Below, in pieces: positions 35,570-44,518 of a stretch of 64,000 bases of DNA; the first letter of the stretch is position 1; each line of letters begins with the position of its first letter. This DNA comes from a candidate division WOR-3 bacterium (GTDB taxonomy: Bacteria > Hydrothermota > Tepidihabitantia > B3-TA06): NCBI GenBank assembly GCA_965649265.1, contig CBFGKC010000002.1, positions 107,100 to 171,099 on the forward strand, given 5' to 3'. A program made the position numbers and the translations under genes. The notes beneath the pieces are model-generated. The model searched no databases. It was not told the origin of the DNA and saw nothing but the letters and a program-made list of their open reading frames with translations.

Positions 35570-36970
35570 GTGTTTTTCTTAAGTCTTATCCTTACAATGG
35601 TAGCTTCAGAGTTCCCGATAGCGACGGGCGCCGGCGACCAGCTTTACCCTGACGTATGCTGGGACGGCTCCAAGTTCTGGGTCGTGTGGGCCGAGAATCA
35701 GGGTGATTCAGGAAAGGTATTCGCAGCTAAAGTGGACGAGGCTGGCAGCGTTGATGAACCTTTCCTCGTGTGTTCTCCGGGTAAAGGAATCTCTGACCCT
35801 TCCCTGGCTTGTTCGCCGGATACCCTGCTCCTGACTTATACAAGGCAAGTTCCTGATTCAATATCAGTAAATGAGGACTATCTCTGCTATGCCCTTTTAA
35901 ACTCCTCTGGTGAACCTTACCAAGGTTCTGATGGAATTATCTATAATTTCGCCGCCGGACCTATAATTCCCATCCGGTGCAAGGAACACTTTGCTTTACT
36001 GTACACATACGGCTATCCAGCTGAGATCGAATACCCGACATGGGGAAAAGTTTCGCTGTTGGATGGCAATACACCCAAAGAAATACTGGACGTGCCACAA
36101 TACGCAGGTCAATTTTGCTTTATCGATAACGGCATTTGGAATGGGGAAAGACTTTTTTGCGCTACTTCTCACGGATGTATTTGGCTTGATGACACACTTG
36201 AGCAGGATCCACATCAGGAAGGGTATTTCTTTCCAAGAAGTACCGATCTTTACGGACAACACGCCGCGTTAGCTTCGGCAAACGCTGGAATAGGAATGAT
36301 ATATCATGGATTTAATAACCCTTGGTTTGACCTCCTAGATAGCCAAGGAAATCTGGTCAACACTGAACCGCTTTACCTTGATTCTAACGAAGCTTATTAT
36401 AATTTGAGCCTCGCTTACGGAAACGGCCATTTTACAGCCGTCTATGACGGACGATATCCTAAATTATACACCATCAGGGGAATTGAAATTGATACTTCCA
36501 TCAGTTTAGTTCACGAAGGATTTCTTTTCGGCGGACCGAGTGAGGAAAGGTATCCCGACATCTGCTTCGGCAAGGAGCATTTCCTTTTAGTCTGGTGCGA
36601 CAATCGTTCGGGCAATTGGGACATTTACGGAAGGATTCTGGATTCGCTGTCGTACTCGGGTATCGAGGAGCCGCCCTCCTCCCCACCCTCCTCACCATCC
36701 CCCCTCCCCAAGGATGTTCGGACGATTGAGGTTGACAAGACGTGCTTCACGGATAGGCTTGGCATCAGACTGTTGAACGGCTCTGGCGAGGAAGGTATTG
36801 TCACTATTCGCGACGCAGTGGGAAGGATGGTGAAGACGCTTGAGACTCAAGACAGCGAAGCGGTTTGGGAAGGCCGCGGCCAGGACGGAACCGCGCTCAA
36901 CAAAGGAGTCTACTTTGTGTCGCTCGAGCGAGGTACGGGGGTAAGACCGGTGAAAGTGGTAAAATTGTAG
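35570..36970 (+). CDS. Secreted protein with FlgD/T9SS-type C-terminal domain
   Basis: AAGGAGG plus GTG; YPDVCWDG/YPDICFG repeats; Pro/Ser linker; IRDAVGRMVKTL..VWEG..GVYFV. Confidence 0.8.
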   Translation: MFFLSLILTMVASEFPIATGAGDQLYPDVCWDGSKFWVVWAENQGDSGKVFAAKVDEAGSVDEPFLVCSPGKGISDPSLACSPDTLLLTYTRQVPDSISVNEDYLCYALLNSSGEPYQGSDGIIYNFAAGPIIPIRCKEHFALLYTYGYPAEIEYPTWGKVSLLDGNTPKEILDVPQYAGQFCFIDNGIWNGERLFCATSHGCIWLDDTLEQDPHQEGYFFPRSTDLYGQHAALASANAGIGMIYHGFNNPWFDLLDSQGNLVNTEPLYLDSNEAYYNLSLAYGNGHFTAVYDGRYPKLYTIRGIEIDTSISLVHEGFLFGGPSEERYPDICFGKEHFLLVWCDNRSGNWDIYGRILDSLSYSGIEEPPSSPPSSPSPLPKDVRTIEVDKTCFTDRLGIRLLNGSGEEGIVTIRDAVGRMVKTLETQDSEAVWEGRGQDGTALNKGVYFVSLERGTGVRPVKVVKL

Positions 36971-37111
36971 CTTTAAGGCTGCTCTGGCGATGTTTTTTTA
37001 GAGGTGTATTCTAGGAGCGTTCTAAATTGGAGTGAATAAGGGTTTTTGCACTTGACAAACTTTTATCTCGCTCTATAATTCGTGCATATGCGCAAATCAA
37101 AGGAGGTGCAG

Positions 37112-37396
37112 ATGCACAAGCGACTCCTGACACTTGGGTTTCTGGTAGTCGTTGGTTTCGGTCTGCTCGCCGGATGCGGAGCATCCAAAGCCTTGATTGC
37201 TCAGATGGAAGCTGCCTGCCAGGCCGCGGATGACGCGGAAGCCAGGCTTGCAAATCTCGAGACTCAGCTTAAGGCTCTTCAATCCGACAAGACAGCAAAA
37301 GAAACACGCGTCCAGGAACTCGAACAACAAATCTCCGAGCTTGAGAACGCCAAGCCCTCGCGCGGTGGTGGCTCAACATCGGGAACTTCTAAGTAG
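37112..37396 (+). CDS. Small coiled-coil lipoprotein ending in Lys
   Basis: AAGGAGG plus ATG 37112; lipobox LAGC; heptad pattern; promoter TTGACA-16-TATAAT at 37052-37079. Confidence 0.85.
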   Translation: MHKRLLTLGFLVVVGFGLLAGCGASKALIAQMEAACQAADDAEARLANLETQLKALQSDKTAKETRVQELEQQISELENAKPSRGGGSTSGTSK

Positions 37397-37404
37397 GAGG
37401 ATCA

Positions 37405-37992
37405 ATGGCTAAAAAATTCTTCCTTCTACTGGCCGTATGCCTCGTCGCTTTCAGCGGCGCGGTTTACGCTAAAAAGATATCGAAAAAGGACGCGGAAGCT
37501 CAGCTTGCCGCCTGCAACACCCGCAAGTCGACTGCAGAAGAAGGCATCAATGGCATGGAGCCCAAGATCAACACCCTCAAAGGTGAAGTATCTGCGCTCG
37601 ATACCAAGATTGCCGAACTTGAAGCCAGGCTTGCCGAACTTCAGAAGCAGCCCAAATACTGGGGCCGTTACACCGTAAAGTCGGGCGACTATCTTTACAA
37701 GATAGCCGATGATCCGTTCGTTTACCACGACGGATCAAAGTGGCCTCTGATATATGAAGCCAACAACGACATAATCAAAGACCCCAACTTGATCTATCCT
37801 GGCTGGGTACTTTTCATCCCCGGTCTCAACGAATGGAAGGTCATATCTGGCGACTGCCTCTGGAAGATAGCAAATTCTGTAGCAGTCTACGGAGATGCAG
37901 CCAAGTGGCCTCAGATTTACGAAGCCAACAAGGATCAAATCAAGGATCCTGACCTGATCTATCCTAATCAGGTTTTCAACATTCCGCGTTAA
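37405..37992 (+). CDS. Secreted coiled-coil protein with two LysM domains
   Basis: YTVKSGDYLYKIA..IYEAN..DPNLIYPG, present twice. Confidence 0.92.
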   Translation: MAKKFFLLLAVCLVAFSGAVYAKKISKKDAEAQLAACNTRKSTAEEGINGMEPKINTLKGEVSALDTKIAELEARLAELQKQPKYWGRYTVKSGDYLYKIADDPFVYHDGSKWPLIYEANNDIIKDPNLIYPGWVLFIPGLNEWKVISGDCLWKIANSVAVYGDAAKWPQIYEANKDQIKDPDLIYPNQVFNIPR

Positions 37993-38008
37993 TCGCGAGA
38001 TAATTCTT

Positions 38009-38042
38009 GAGGGGAAGACCCCAGGGTCTTCCCCTCTTATTC
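38009..38042 (+). terminator. Terminator
   Basis: GAGGGGAAGACC-ccag-GGTCTTCCCCTC followed by TTATT. Confidence 0.75.
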
Positions 38043-38058
38043 TGCACAGATAATTTCC

Positions 38059-38997
38059 ATGGCAAGACGAATAGTGAAAATAAAAGATGTGGATCCAGTA
38101 CTCTTATCCGGCGTGGGAGAGGAGAACTTCCGCATACTCAGGCAGAATTTCGACGCCCAGATCATCGCTCGCGGTAACAAGCTGACCCTTGAGGGTCCGG
38201 ATGAGGAGGTGGATAAGGTCGCGGAACTGATTGAGCGTCTTTCCGGGATAATACGTTCCGGTAGACTCGTTAACCCTGAAATTGTCATAGCCGAAGTCGA
38301 AGGAGCAAGGGGGATAAGAAAACACAAGGAAATGGAGGAAGGAGTTATTTATACACCGAGGAAGATAATCAGGCCGCAATCGGAACATCAGGAAAAATAC
38401 ATAAAGAGCATTGAGGAACACCCGGTTACCTTCGGCATAGGCCCTGCCGGCACGGGAAAGACCTATCTGGCCGTCGCAAAAGCGGTTGAGGCCCTGGCCA
38501 ACGACCGGATAGACCGCATCATACTTACCAGACCGGCGGTAGAGGCAGGGGAGTCCCTGGGATTTCTGCCTGGCGATTTGAAGGAGAAGGTGGATCCATA
38601 TTTGCGGCCTCTCTATGACGCGCTTTCGGACATGGTTCCGGTGGAAAGAATGCGTCGATTCCTGGATAACCAGGTCATCGAGATAGCCCCTTTGGCTTTT
38701 ATGAGGGGGAGAACCCTTTCCGATTCTTTCATAATCCTTGACGAAGCGCAAAACACCACGCCTACCCAAATGAAGATGTTTTTGACCAGGCTCGGCTGGA
38801 ACTCCCATGCCATCATTACTGGTGACGTTACGCAGATCGACCTGGCTCATTCCAGGGAATCGGGGCTTCTGGACGCCTTAAACGTTTTGACCGACGTAAA
38901 AGGCGTCAGCTTCGTTCACTTCGACGCGACCGACGTGGTAAGACCCCCACTGGTCTCGGCGATAATCATCGCATATGAGAAGAAAAACGTTAAATAG
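38059..38997 (+). CDS. phoH: PhoH-like ATPase
   Basis: GPAGTGKT, RPAVEAGE.LGFLPG, MRGRT and DEAQN. Confidence 0.95.
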   Translation: MARRIVKIKDVDPVLLSGVGEENFRILRQNFDAQIIARGNKLTLEGPDEEVDKVAELIERLSGIIRSGRLVNPEIVIAEVEGARGIRKHKEMEEGVIYTPRKIIRPQSEHQEKYIKSIEEHPVTFGIGPAGTGKTYLAVAKAVEALANDRIDRIILTRPAVEAGESLGFLPGDLKEKVDPYLRPLYDALSDMVPVERMRRFLDNQVIEIAPLAFMRGRTLSDSFIILDEAQNTTPTQMKMFLTRLGWNSHAIITGDVTQIDLAHSRESGLLDALNVLTDVKGVSFVHFDATDVVRPPLVSAIIIAYEKKNVK

Positions 38998-41107
38998 GCT
39001 CGCCGTTGCCGCCTGTTTTGTTCTGGTTGTTGCGGCATTGAATCTCGGACCGCTGCTCTCTCCTCCGGAGAAGTACGAATACTCGCTCGGAGAGAAAGCC
39101 GAGAAATCCCTTTACGCACCAATATCCTTCAAGCTACTGAAGGACAAGGAAAAATTACAGATGGAGCAGGACAGCGCAGCCGCCCTTGTCCTGCCTGTTC
39201 TCCTGCTCGACGAGGATGTCGAGAGGAAAGTGATTAAGAATCTCCATAATCTGAGATTCCCGGATTCCGTGCCTGCAGAGTTCTCTTCCCAGACTCGCGA
39301 GATTCTGGTAACTTCAGGCAGAGACGTTGTACTTGCCGCCGCAGACAGCCTTTTTACGAATACCCTAGCTCAGGGTTACTTCTTTCAGAAAGACGATCCC
39401 GATTACTCTAATACAAGAAAGGTGATCATAAGAATGGGTAAGAAGGATCAGGAGGTAGAGGAGTATCTTTCAACCGTGCTCGGCCCTGCCGATATAGACA
39501 CACTGACCACAAATTCGGCACGCCGGGCCTTTCCCGCAGACCCGGCCAAAAGGGAGGCGTTAACGGAGATAACACTCAGAATTCTCGTTCCGAATCTTGT
39601 CTCGGACGAAAAAGAGACAGAAACTCGCAAACAGGCCGCACGCGCGAAGATAAGCACGTACGAAGGATTCGTGGAAAGGGGTGAGCTGATTCTCGAGGAG
39701 AATTCAAAGGTCGATGAAGGTGTTTTAAAGAAAATAGAAGCGTTGAATGCCGCGATAGAAGGCGATTGGAGATTAAGGCTTGAACTCCTGTTTCGCCAGA
39801 ACCTCTTCGCGATAATCGTCATATTTCTGTTCGGGGGCTCGATGTATATACTTCGAAGGGACCCGCCTGTAAGAGACGTCTTTTTTATCACCATACTTCT
39901 TGTTACAGGAATACTTGCAAACTTCGCGCTCCGACGCTTTTCGGTATGGTGGTTCATGCCGGCAGGATTCATCGCTCTTTCCGCCGCACTTTTCCTTTCG
40001 CCGCTCGAGGGAATATTGCTCGCGAGTACGACTTCCCTTCTCTTTTATCTGCCGTGGCAGACGGAACCGGAATATCTCCTTTACGCCTTGCTTTCCGGAT
40101 TCGGCGCCCTTCTTGGATACCGATACATGAGACGCAGAATTGGTTTCGCCGTTATGTTCTCCTTCACTCTCGTCGCCGGTATCGTAGCAAGAGGTGGTTT
40201 TCTTCTGGCCAAATCAACCATCACTATGCATGAATTATACACCCTTGGGGCATCAGTTGGAATAAATGCCTTTCTCAATCTCCTCTTCTTCGTTATCGCC
40301 TTCTTTCTCGCGGAAAGGGTATTTGGTTACACCTCTCCCCTGACTCTCAACGAACTGGCTAACCTGAACCGGAATCTTTTCAAGGAATTCTCAATGCGTG
40401 CCGCAGGTTCATACCACCACAGCATTGTAGTAGGAAACCTGGCCGAGAGTGCAGCCCGCATCATCGGAGCCAATCCTTCACTTGCCTTGACCGGCGGTTA
40501 CTATCACGATATCGGCAAGATGGCAAAACCTCAGTATTTTATCGAAAACCAGCTGGACACAAGCAACCCGCATGATACCCTGAAACCCAGAATTTCCGCA
40601 TTGATCCTTACGAGCCACGTCAAGGAAGGACTGGCTATTGCCGAAAAGAACCACCTCCCCCGTCAAGTCAAGGAGATTATTCGCGAGCACCACGGAACGA
40701 CCCGGATGGAATCCTTCTACAAGAAGCATCTGGAGAATCCGGGTGATAACGATGTCCCCGAATCCGATTTCCGTTATCAAGGCCCCAAGCCCCAGAGGAA
40801 AGAAGCGGCGCTTGTTATGCTGGCTGACTCCGTGGAGGCCGCGGTGCGTTCCCGGGGCTTTGCGGACAGGGAAGAGCTTGAGAAACTGGTCAAAGAGATA
40901 ATTGACCATAAGGTCTCCGACGGTCAGCTTGACGAATGCGCTTTTACGACCGCAGACATTCAAAAAGTCAGGAGGTTATTTACCATAAAACTCCTGGGGA
41001 TCTTCCACCCCAGAATTCAATATGAAAAGAAAAATAACTATCAAATCACCGAAAAGGATACAAAAAAACGCCCTCCGCGATCTAATCCAAAGAGTACTCC
41101 AGGCTGA
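38975..41107 (+). CDS. pgpH: 7TM-HD (HDIG) phosphohydrolase, PgpH-like c-di-AMP phosphodiesterase
   Basis: Extracellular domain plus multiple TMs, then SYHHS, YYHDIGK, EHHGT and LADSVEAA; conserved phoH-HD-ybeY context. Confidence 0.88.
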   Translation: MRRKTLNRLAVAACFVLVVAALNLGPLLSPPEKYEYSLGEKAEKSLYAPISFKLLKDKEKLQMEQDSAAALVLPVLLLDEDVERKVIKNLHNLRFPDSVPAEFSSQTREILVTSGRDVVLAAADSLFTNTLAQGYFFQKDDPDYSNTRKVIIRMGKKDQEVEEYLSTVLGPADIDTLTTNSARRAFPADPAKREALTEITLRILVPNLVSDEKETETRKQAARAKISTYEGFVERGELILEENSKVDEGVLKKIEALNAAIEGDWRLRLELLFRQNLFAIIVIFLFGGSMYILRRDPPVRDVFFITILLVTGILANFALRRFSVWWFMPAGFIALSAALFLSPLEGILLASTTSLLFYLPWQTEPEYLLYALLSGFGALLGYRYMRRRIGFAVMFSFTLVAGIVARGGFLLAKSTITMHELYTLGASVGINAFLNLLFFVIAFFLAERVFGYTSPLTLNELANLNRNLFKEFSMRAAGSYHHSIVVGNLAESAARIIGANPSLALTGGYYHDIGKMAKPQYFIENQLDTSNPHDTLKPRISALILTSHVKEGLAIAEKNHLPRQVKEIIREHHGTTRMESFYKKHLENPGDNDVPESDFRYQGPKPQRKEAALVMLADSVEAAVRSRGFADREELEKLVKEIIDHKVSDGQLDECAFTTADIQKVRRLFTIKLLGIFHPRIQYEKKNNYQITEKDTKKRPPRSNPKSTPG

Positions 41108-41396
41108 AAAGAATCCCAAAGGATTGAATCTTGTGCTCGCGGATGATGATCTACTCTCGCAACTCAACGAGCGTTTCAAGGGACGCAATGGTCCTACAGA
41201 CGTGCTTTCTTTCCCGTTTGACGAGGAAGATTTCCTTGGAGAGATATACGTTTCACTTGACCGGGCAAAGGAGCAAGCCCTGCAATACAATGCAACCGAG
41301 GAAGAAGAAGTACAAAGACTCGTCCTGCACGGCCTCCTTCATCTTTTGGGGTACAACCACAGGCAGATGCCGGCGCGCCTGAAAAGATATCTGTGA
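41022..41396 (+). CDS. ybeY: rRNA maturation endoribonuclease YbeY
   Basis: PTDVLSF, LGEIY and HGLLHLLGYNH. Confidence 0.95.
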   Translation: MKRKITIKSPKRIQKNALRDLIQRVLQAEKNPKGLNLVLADDDLLSQLNERFKGRNGPTDVLSFPFDEEDFLGEIYVSLDRAKEQALQYNATEEEEVQRLVLHGLLHLLGYNHRQMPARLKRYL

Positions 41397-42643
41397 TCAC
41401 TGCATATATCATAACAATAGCCGTCCTGCTTGCGGCAAGCGCTTTCTTTTCGAGTTCTGAGACGGCGTACTTCTCGCTCTCACCATTAAGAAGCGCCAAG
41501 CTCGGCGAAGCCGTAATCGTACGCAAACTGCTGAGATCACGCGACAGGTTGCTCGCAACGCTGCTTTCCGGCAATCTCATCGTCAATTTCGCGGCGACCT
41601 CCCTCTGGACGACGCTCCTGGTTTTAATCTCCGCACGACTTGGATGGAACGAGGCATCTCTGCTTTCCATCGGAGCCGCAGCAATGGTTCTTATACTCCT
41701 CATTGTGGGTGAAATTACCCCCAAACTCACGGCAATAAGAGTCCCCATGTTTTTCGTGAAACTTAACGCTCCATTGCTTTTGTTTTTTACATGGATTTTC
41801 TTTCCATTAACCTGGGCACTCGGCTGGCTTTCGGAAATCCTGTTTAGAAGGCGGCGCAAGGAACGCCCTTTTCCGACGGACGAGGAAGTGAAAACCATGA
41901 TAGAAATGGCCGTGAGATACGGTATCCTCCGTCCGCAGGAGGAGAGGATTATGGAAAATCTCGTCGATCTCGGTGAACGAATCGTGAGTGAGGTGATGAC
42001 CCCCAGAGTAGGCATGAAGGCGCTGCCGCTTGATACTACGCGTTCCGAGGCACTTTCCTTTGCGCGAAAGACCCTGAAATCACGTTATCCCGTCTACGAC
42101 AAAACCCAGGATAGAATAGTGGGAGTCGTTTACACGAAGGACATTCTCACCTGCCCGGAAAGAACGCGCCTGAAGAAACTCCTTCGCGAACCAATATTCG
42201 TCCCGGAAACGAAAACCCTTTCCTCGATGCTTGAAGAGCTCAGGCGCTCCGATCAGCACATAGCCATCGTCGTAGACGAATTCGGCGGCACTGCAGGTCT
42301 CGTTACACTCGAGGACATTCTGGAGGCAATTTTCGGCGAGATAGTCGACGAGTACGATTCGAGTCACCCGTTCAAAAAGATATCCGAACGAATCTATGTT
42401 GTAGACGGGGATATCGACATTGCGACATTGAACCATTTGTTCGACGACGCTTTCCAGGAGGCGGAGGAGGATTTTTCGAGATTATCCGAACTGATTACGG
42501 ACGAACTGGAACACATACCCAAGGCAGGAGAAACCATTGAATACAAGGGTACCAGGATCACCGTGCGAAAGGTGCGAAGACAGAGGATCGAAAAAGTCGT
42601 TGTCGAGCTTCTGCCTGCCGAGTCCCCGGAGGAGAACAGATGA
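41393..42643 (+). CDS. CNNM/hemolysin-family protein (DUF21-CBS-CorC)
   Basis: FFSSSETA, GEITPK, EVMTPR and VVDEFGGTAGLVTLEDILE. Confidence 0.92.
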   Translation: MITAYIITIAVLLAASAFFSSSETAYFSLSPLRSAKLGEAVIVRKLLRSRDRLLATLLSGNLIVNFAATSLWTTLLVLISARLGWNEASLLSIGAAAMVLILLIVGEITPKLTAIRVPMFFVKLNAPLLLFFTWIFFPLTWALGWLSEILFRRRRKERPFPTDEEVKTMIEMAVRYGILRPQEERIMENLVDLGERIVSEVMTPRVGMKALPLDTTRSEALSFARKTLKSRYPVYDKTQDRIVGVVYTKDILTCPERTRLKKLLREPIFVPETKTLSSMLEELRRSDQHIAIVVDEFGGTAGLVTLEDILEAIFGEIVDEYDSSHPFKKISERIYVVDGDIDIATLNHLFDDAFQEAEEDFSRLSELITDELEHIPKAGETIEYKGTRITVRKVRRQRIEKVVVELLPAESPEENR

Positions 42644-43563
42644 TGCTTCTTCTGGGACTTTTGTTCATCCTGATTCAAGGTTTCTTCGCCGGCGCCGAGA
42701 CCGCTTACGTGGTCGCCAACCCGGTAAGGGTCGCGCACTTTACGCGCAACTCTAAAAGACAGGAGCATGCGCTCGACCTCCTGCGTAACACCGAACTCGT
42801 GCTTGTACTGACTCTTATAGGAACAAACATCTCGACCGTGCTCTCGAGCTTCTTTCTTACGAGTTATTTTCTGGATACGTATGGAACGTCAGGAACCCTC
42901 ATAGCCATAATCTCTGGATCCTTGTGCGGCCTCATCTTCGGTGACTACATCCCCAAAAGCTTCGCCCGGATTACCGCCGAAAGATTCGTTGCGGCCACAG
43001 TAGGATTCTTCAGTCCTGCCTCGACGCTCCTCAAGCCGTTCGGCCGTTTGTTCCGCAAGCCCCAGCCGAGGGAACGGGGAATCGATCGCCTCTCAATTTC
43101 CAGGCCCGAGATGCTTACGGCCATAAAACTCGGGGAAAAAATCGGAAGCATCGAGGAGAAAACATCCCCCCGGGTAGCCAATCTCTTCTCGGCTTTCGAC
43201 ACGCCCCTTTCGGACGTCATGACTCCGTGGGACAGGGTGATCAAAATACCTGCGGGATCGAGGAGGAAAAGGATACTGGATATCGTAAGCGAGGAGGGCT
43301 TTACTCGCTATCCTGTAATAGACCGGGATTCCGGCAAAATTCTCGGAATTTTAAGGACAAAGGACCTCCTTGAACCGAGGATACGTCTTTACCCGGCTTT
43401 CTTCACCAACCCCGGCATACGCATCACGGAGCTTTTGCGCACCATGCAGTCGAAACACGAACACATGGCCATCGTTCTTGACCTAGACGATAACCCCATA
43501 GGCATAGTGACGTTCGAGGATTTATTAGAAGAATTCGTCGGTGAGATACGCAGCGAGGAATAA
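42640..43563 (+). CDS. CNNM-domain protein (DUF21-CBS, no CorC domain)
   Basis: FFAGAETA, LIGTN, GDYIPK and GIVTFEDLLEE. Confidence 0.88.
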   Translation: MMLLLGLLFILIQGFFAGAETAYVVANPVRVAHFTRNSKRQEHALDLLRNTELVLVLTLIGTNISTVLSSFFLTSYFLDTYGTSGTLIAIISGSLCGLIFGDYIPKSFARITAERFVAATVGFFSPASTLLKPFGRLFRKPQPRERGIDRLSISRPEMLTAIKLGEKIGSIEEKTSPRVANLFSAFDTPLSDVMTPWDRVIKIPAGSRRKRILDIVSEEGFTRYPVIDRDSGKILGILRTKDLLEPRIRLYPAFFTNPGIRITELLRTMQSKHEHMAIVLDLDDNPIGIVTFEDLLEEFVGEIRSEE

Positions 43564-43640
43564 CTCCCGCCCCACTCCCGAACACATCAAATGGCAGGCG
43601 AGTACACTTGACAGGCTTTAATTTGCAACTAAAATAGATA

Positions 43641-43858
43641 TGGTAATACATAATGGGTCGGTTATCTGTCAGAATACTTCACGAAAGAATGTATGAGAAT
43701 TCGGGTCGGATCGGTTAGAGCGAGTGAAGATGGTAGTGTTTCGGCATATGAATTAGGGTCGAAGTTCCAGTCCATTTCTGGAACGTAACGCTTCCACGAA
43801 GAAGCGCGGTCGGATGGCTGGGAGTTCCGGATTCCTCCTCCACGGGACTCCCAGCTAC
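43641..43858 (+). ncRNA. Candidate structured RNA (or a pair of micro-ORFs)
   Basis: Promoter TTGACA-16-TAAAAT (43608-43635), three consecutive hairpins, no ORF longer than ~31 aa; the next gene has its own promoter. Confidence 0.35.
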
Positions 43859-43940
43859 GTTTGACATGGGGAGTTCAGCCTTGACCGGTCATCTTTTCCT
43901 TCTAAAATAAGTTCGTTGTCACAAATCAAAGGAGTGTAGT

Positions 43941-44306
43941 ATGCCGGGAAAAAAGCTTGTTATAATAGCAACACACGGGCCCGAGGACCCCGAGCGTGCA
44001 ACAATACCTTTCGTAATGGCCACCGCCGCCCAGGCTTCGGGGATAGAAGTAGTAATGGCCTTTCAGTCCAACGCGGTAATGCTTGCTAAAAAGGACTGCC
44101 TCAAGCACGTTTTTGCCGCTGGATTTCCTCCTCTGGAGGAACTCGTGAATGCTTATCTAGAAGCAGGCGGAAAAATGCTTTTGTGTGGCCCATGTATCAA
44201 CTCCCGCAAACTGGAAAAGGAGGATTTCATCCCCGGAGCCGTAATCGTAAACGCGGCCACGCTCGTTAACGAGGTCATGAACTCCCAGCAGAGCCTTAGG
44301 TATTGA
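43941..44306 (+). CDS. Stand-alone DsrE-family protein
   Basis: THGPEDPERATIPF and LLCGPCINSR; promoter TTGACC-16-TAAAAT. Confidence 0.88.
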   Translation: MPGKKLVIIATHGPEDPERATIPFVMATAAQASGIEVVMAFQSNAVMLAKKDCLKHVFAAGFPPLEELVNAYLEAGGKMLLCGPCINSRKLEKEDFIPGAVIVNAATLVNEVMNSQQSLRY

Positions 44307-44449
44307 GCAAGGAGTAATGGGAAAGTGGCGAGGGCACCCGGGGTTCCATCGGAGGGCTTCGTCTTAATAGGAAATGCAAGGGGAGTGTTGCTGGAGGGCT
44401 GGAGGGGAAGGTGACCTTGACTTCTCCGGCAGCCTCTATAGATTGAGGT

Positions 44450-44518
44450 ATGCGCGAAGTCAAAACGACCCGCGGAGTTACTTCGAGTCTTCCGAGAAAC
44501 AATGAAGATAATCGATAA
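44450..44518 (+). CDS. Leaderless 22-aa upstream ORF coupled to the radical SAM gene
   Basis: TTGACT-16-TAGATT-5nt-ATG; MREVKTTRGVTSSLPRNNEDNR*; TAATG overlap with the next start. Confidence 0.4.
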   Translation: MREVKTTRGVTSSLPRNNEDNR

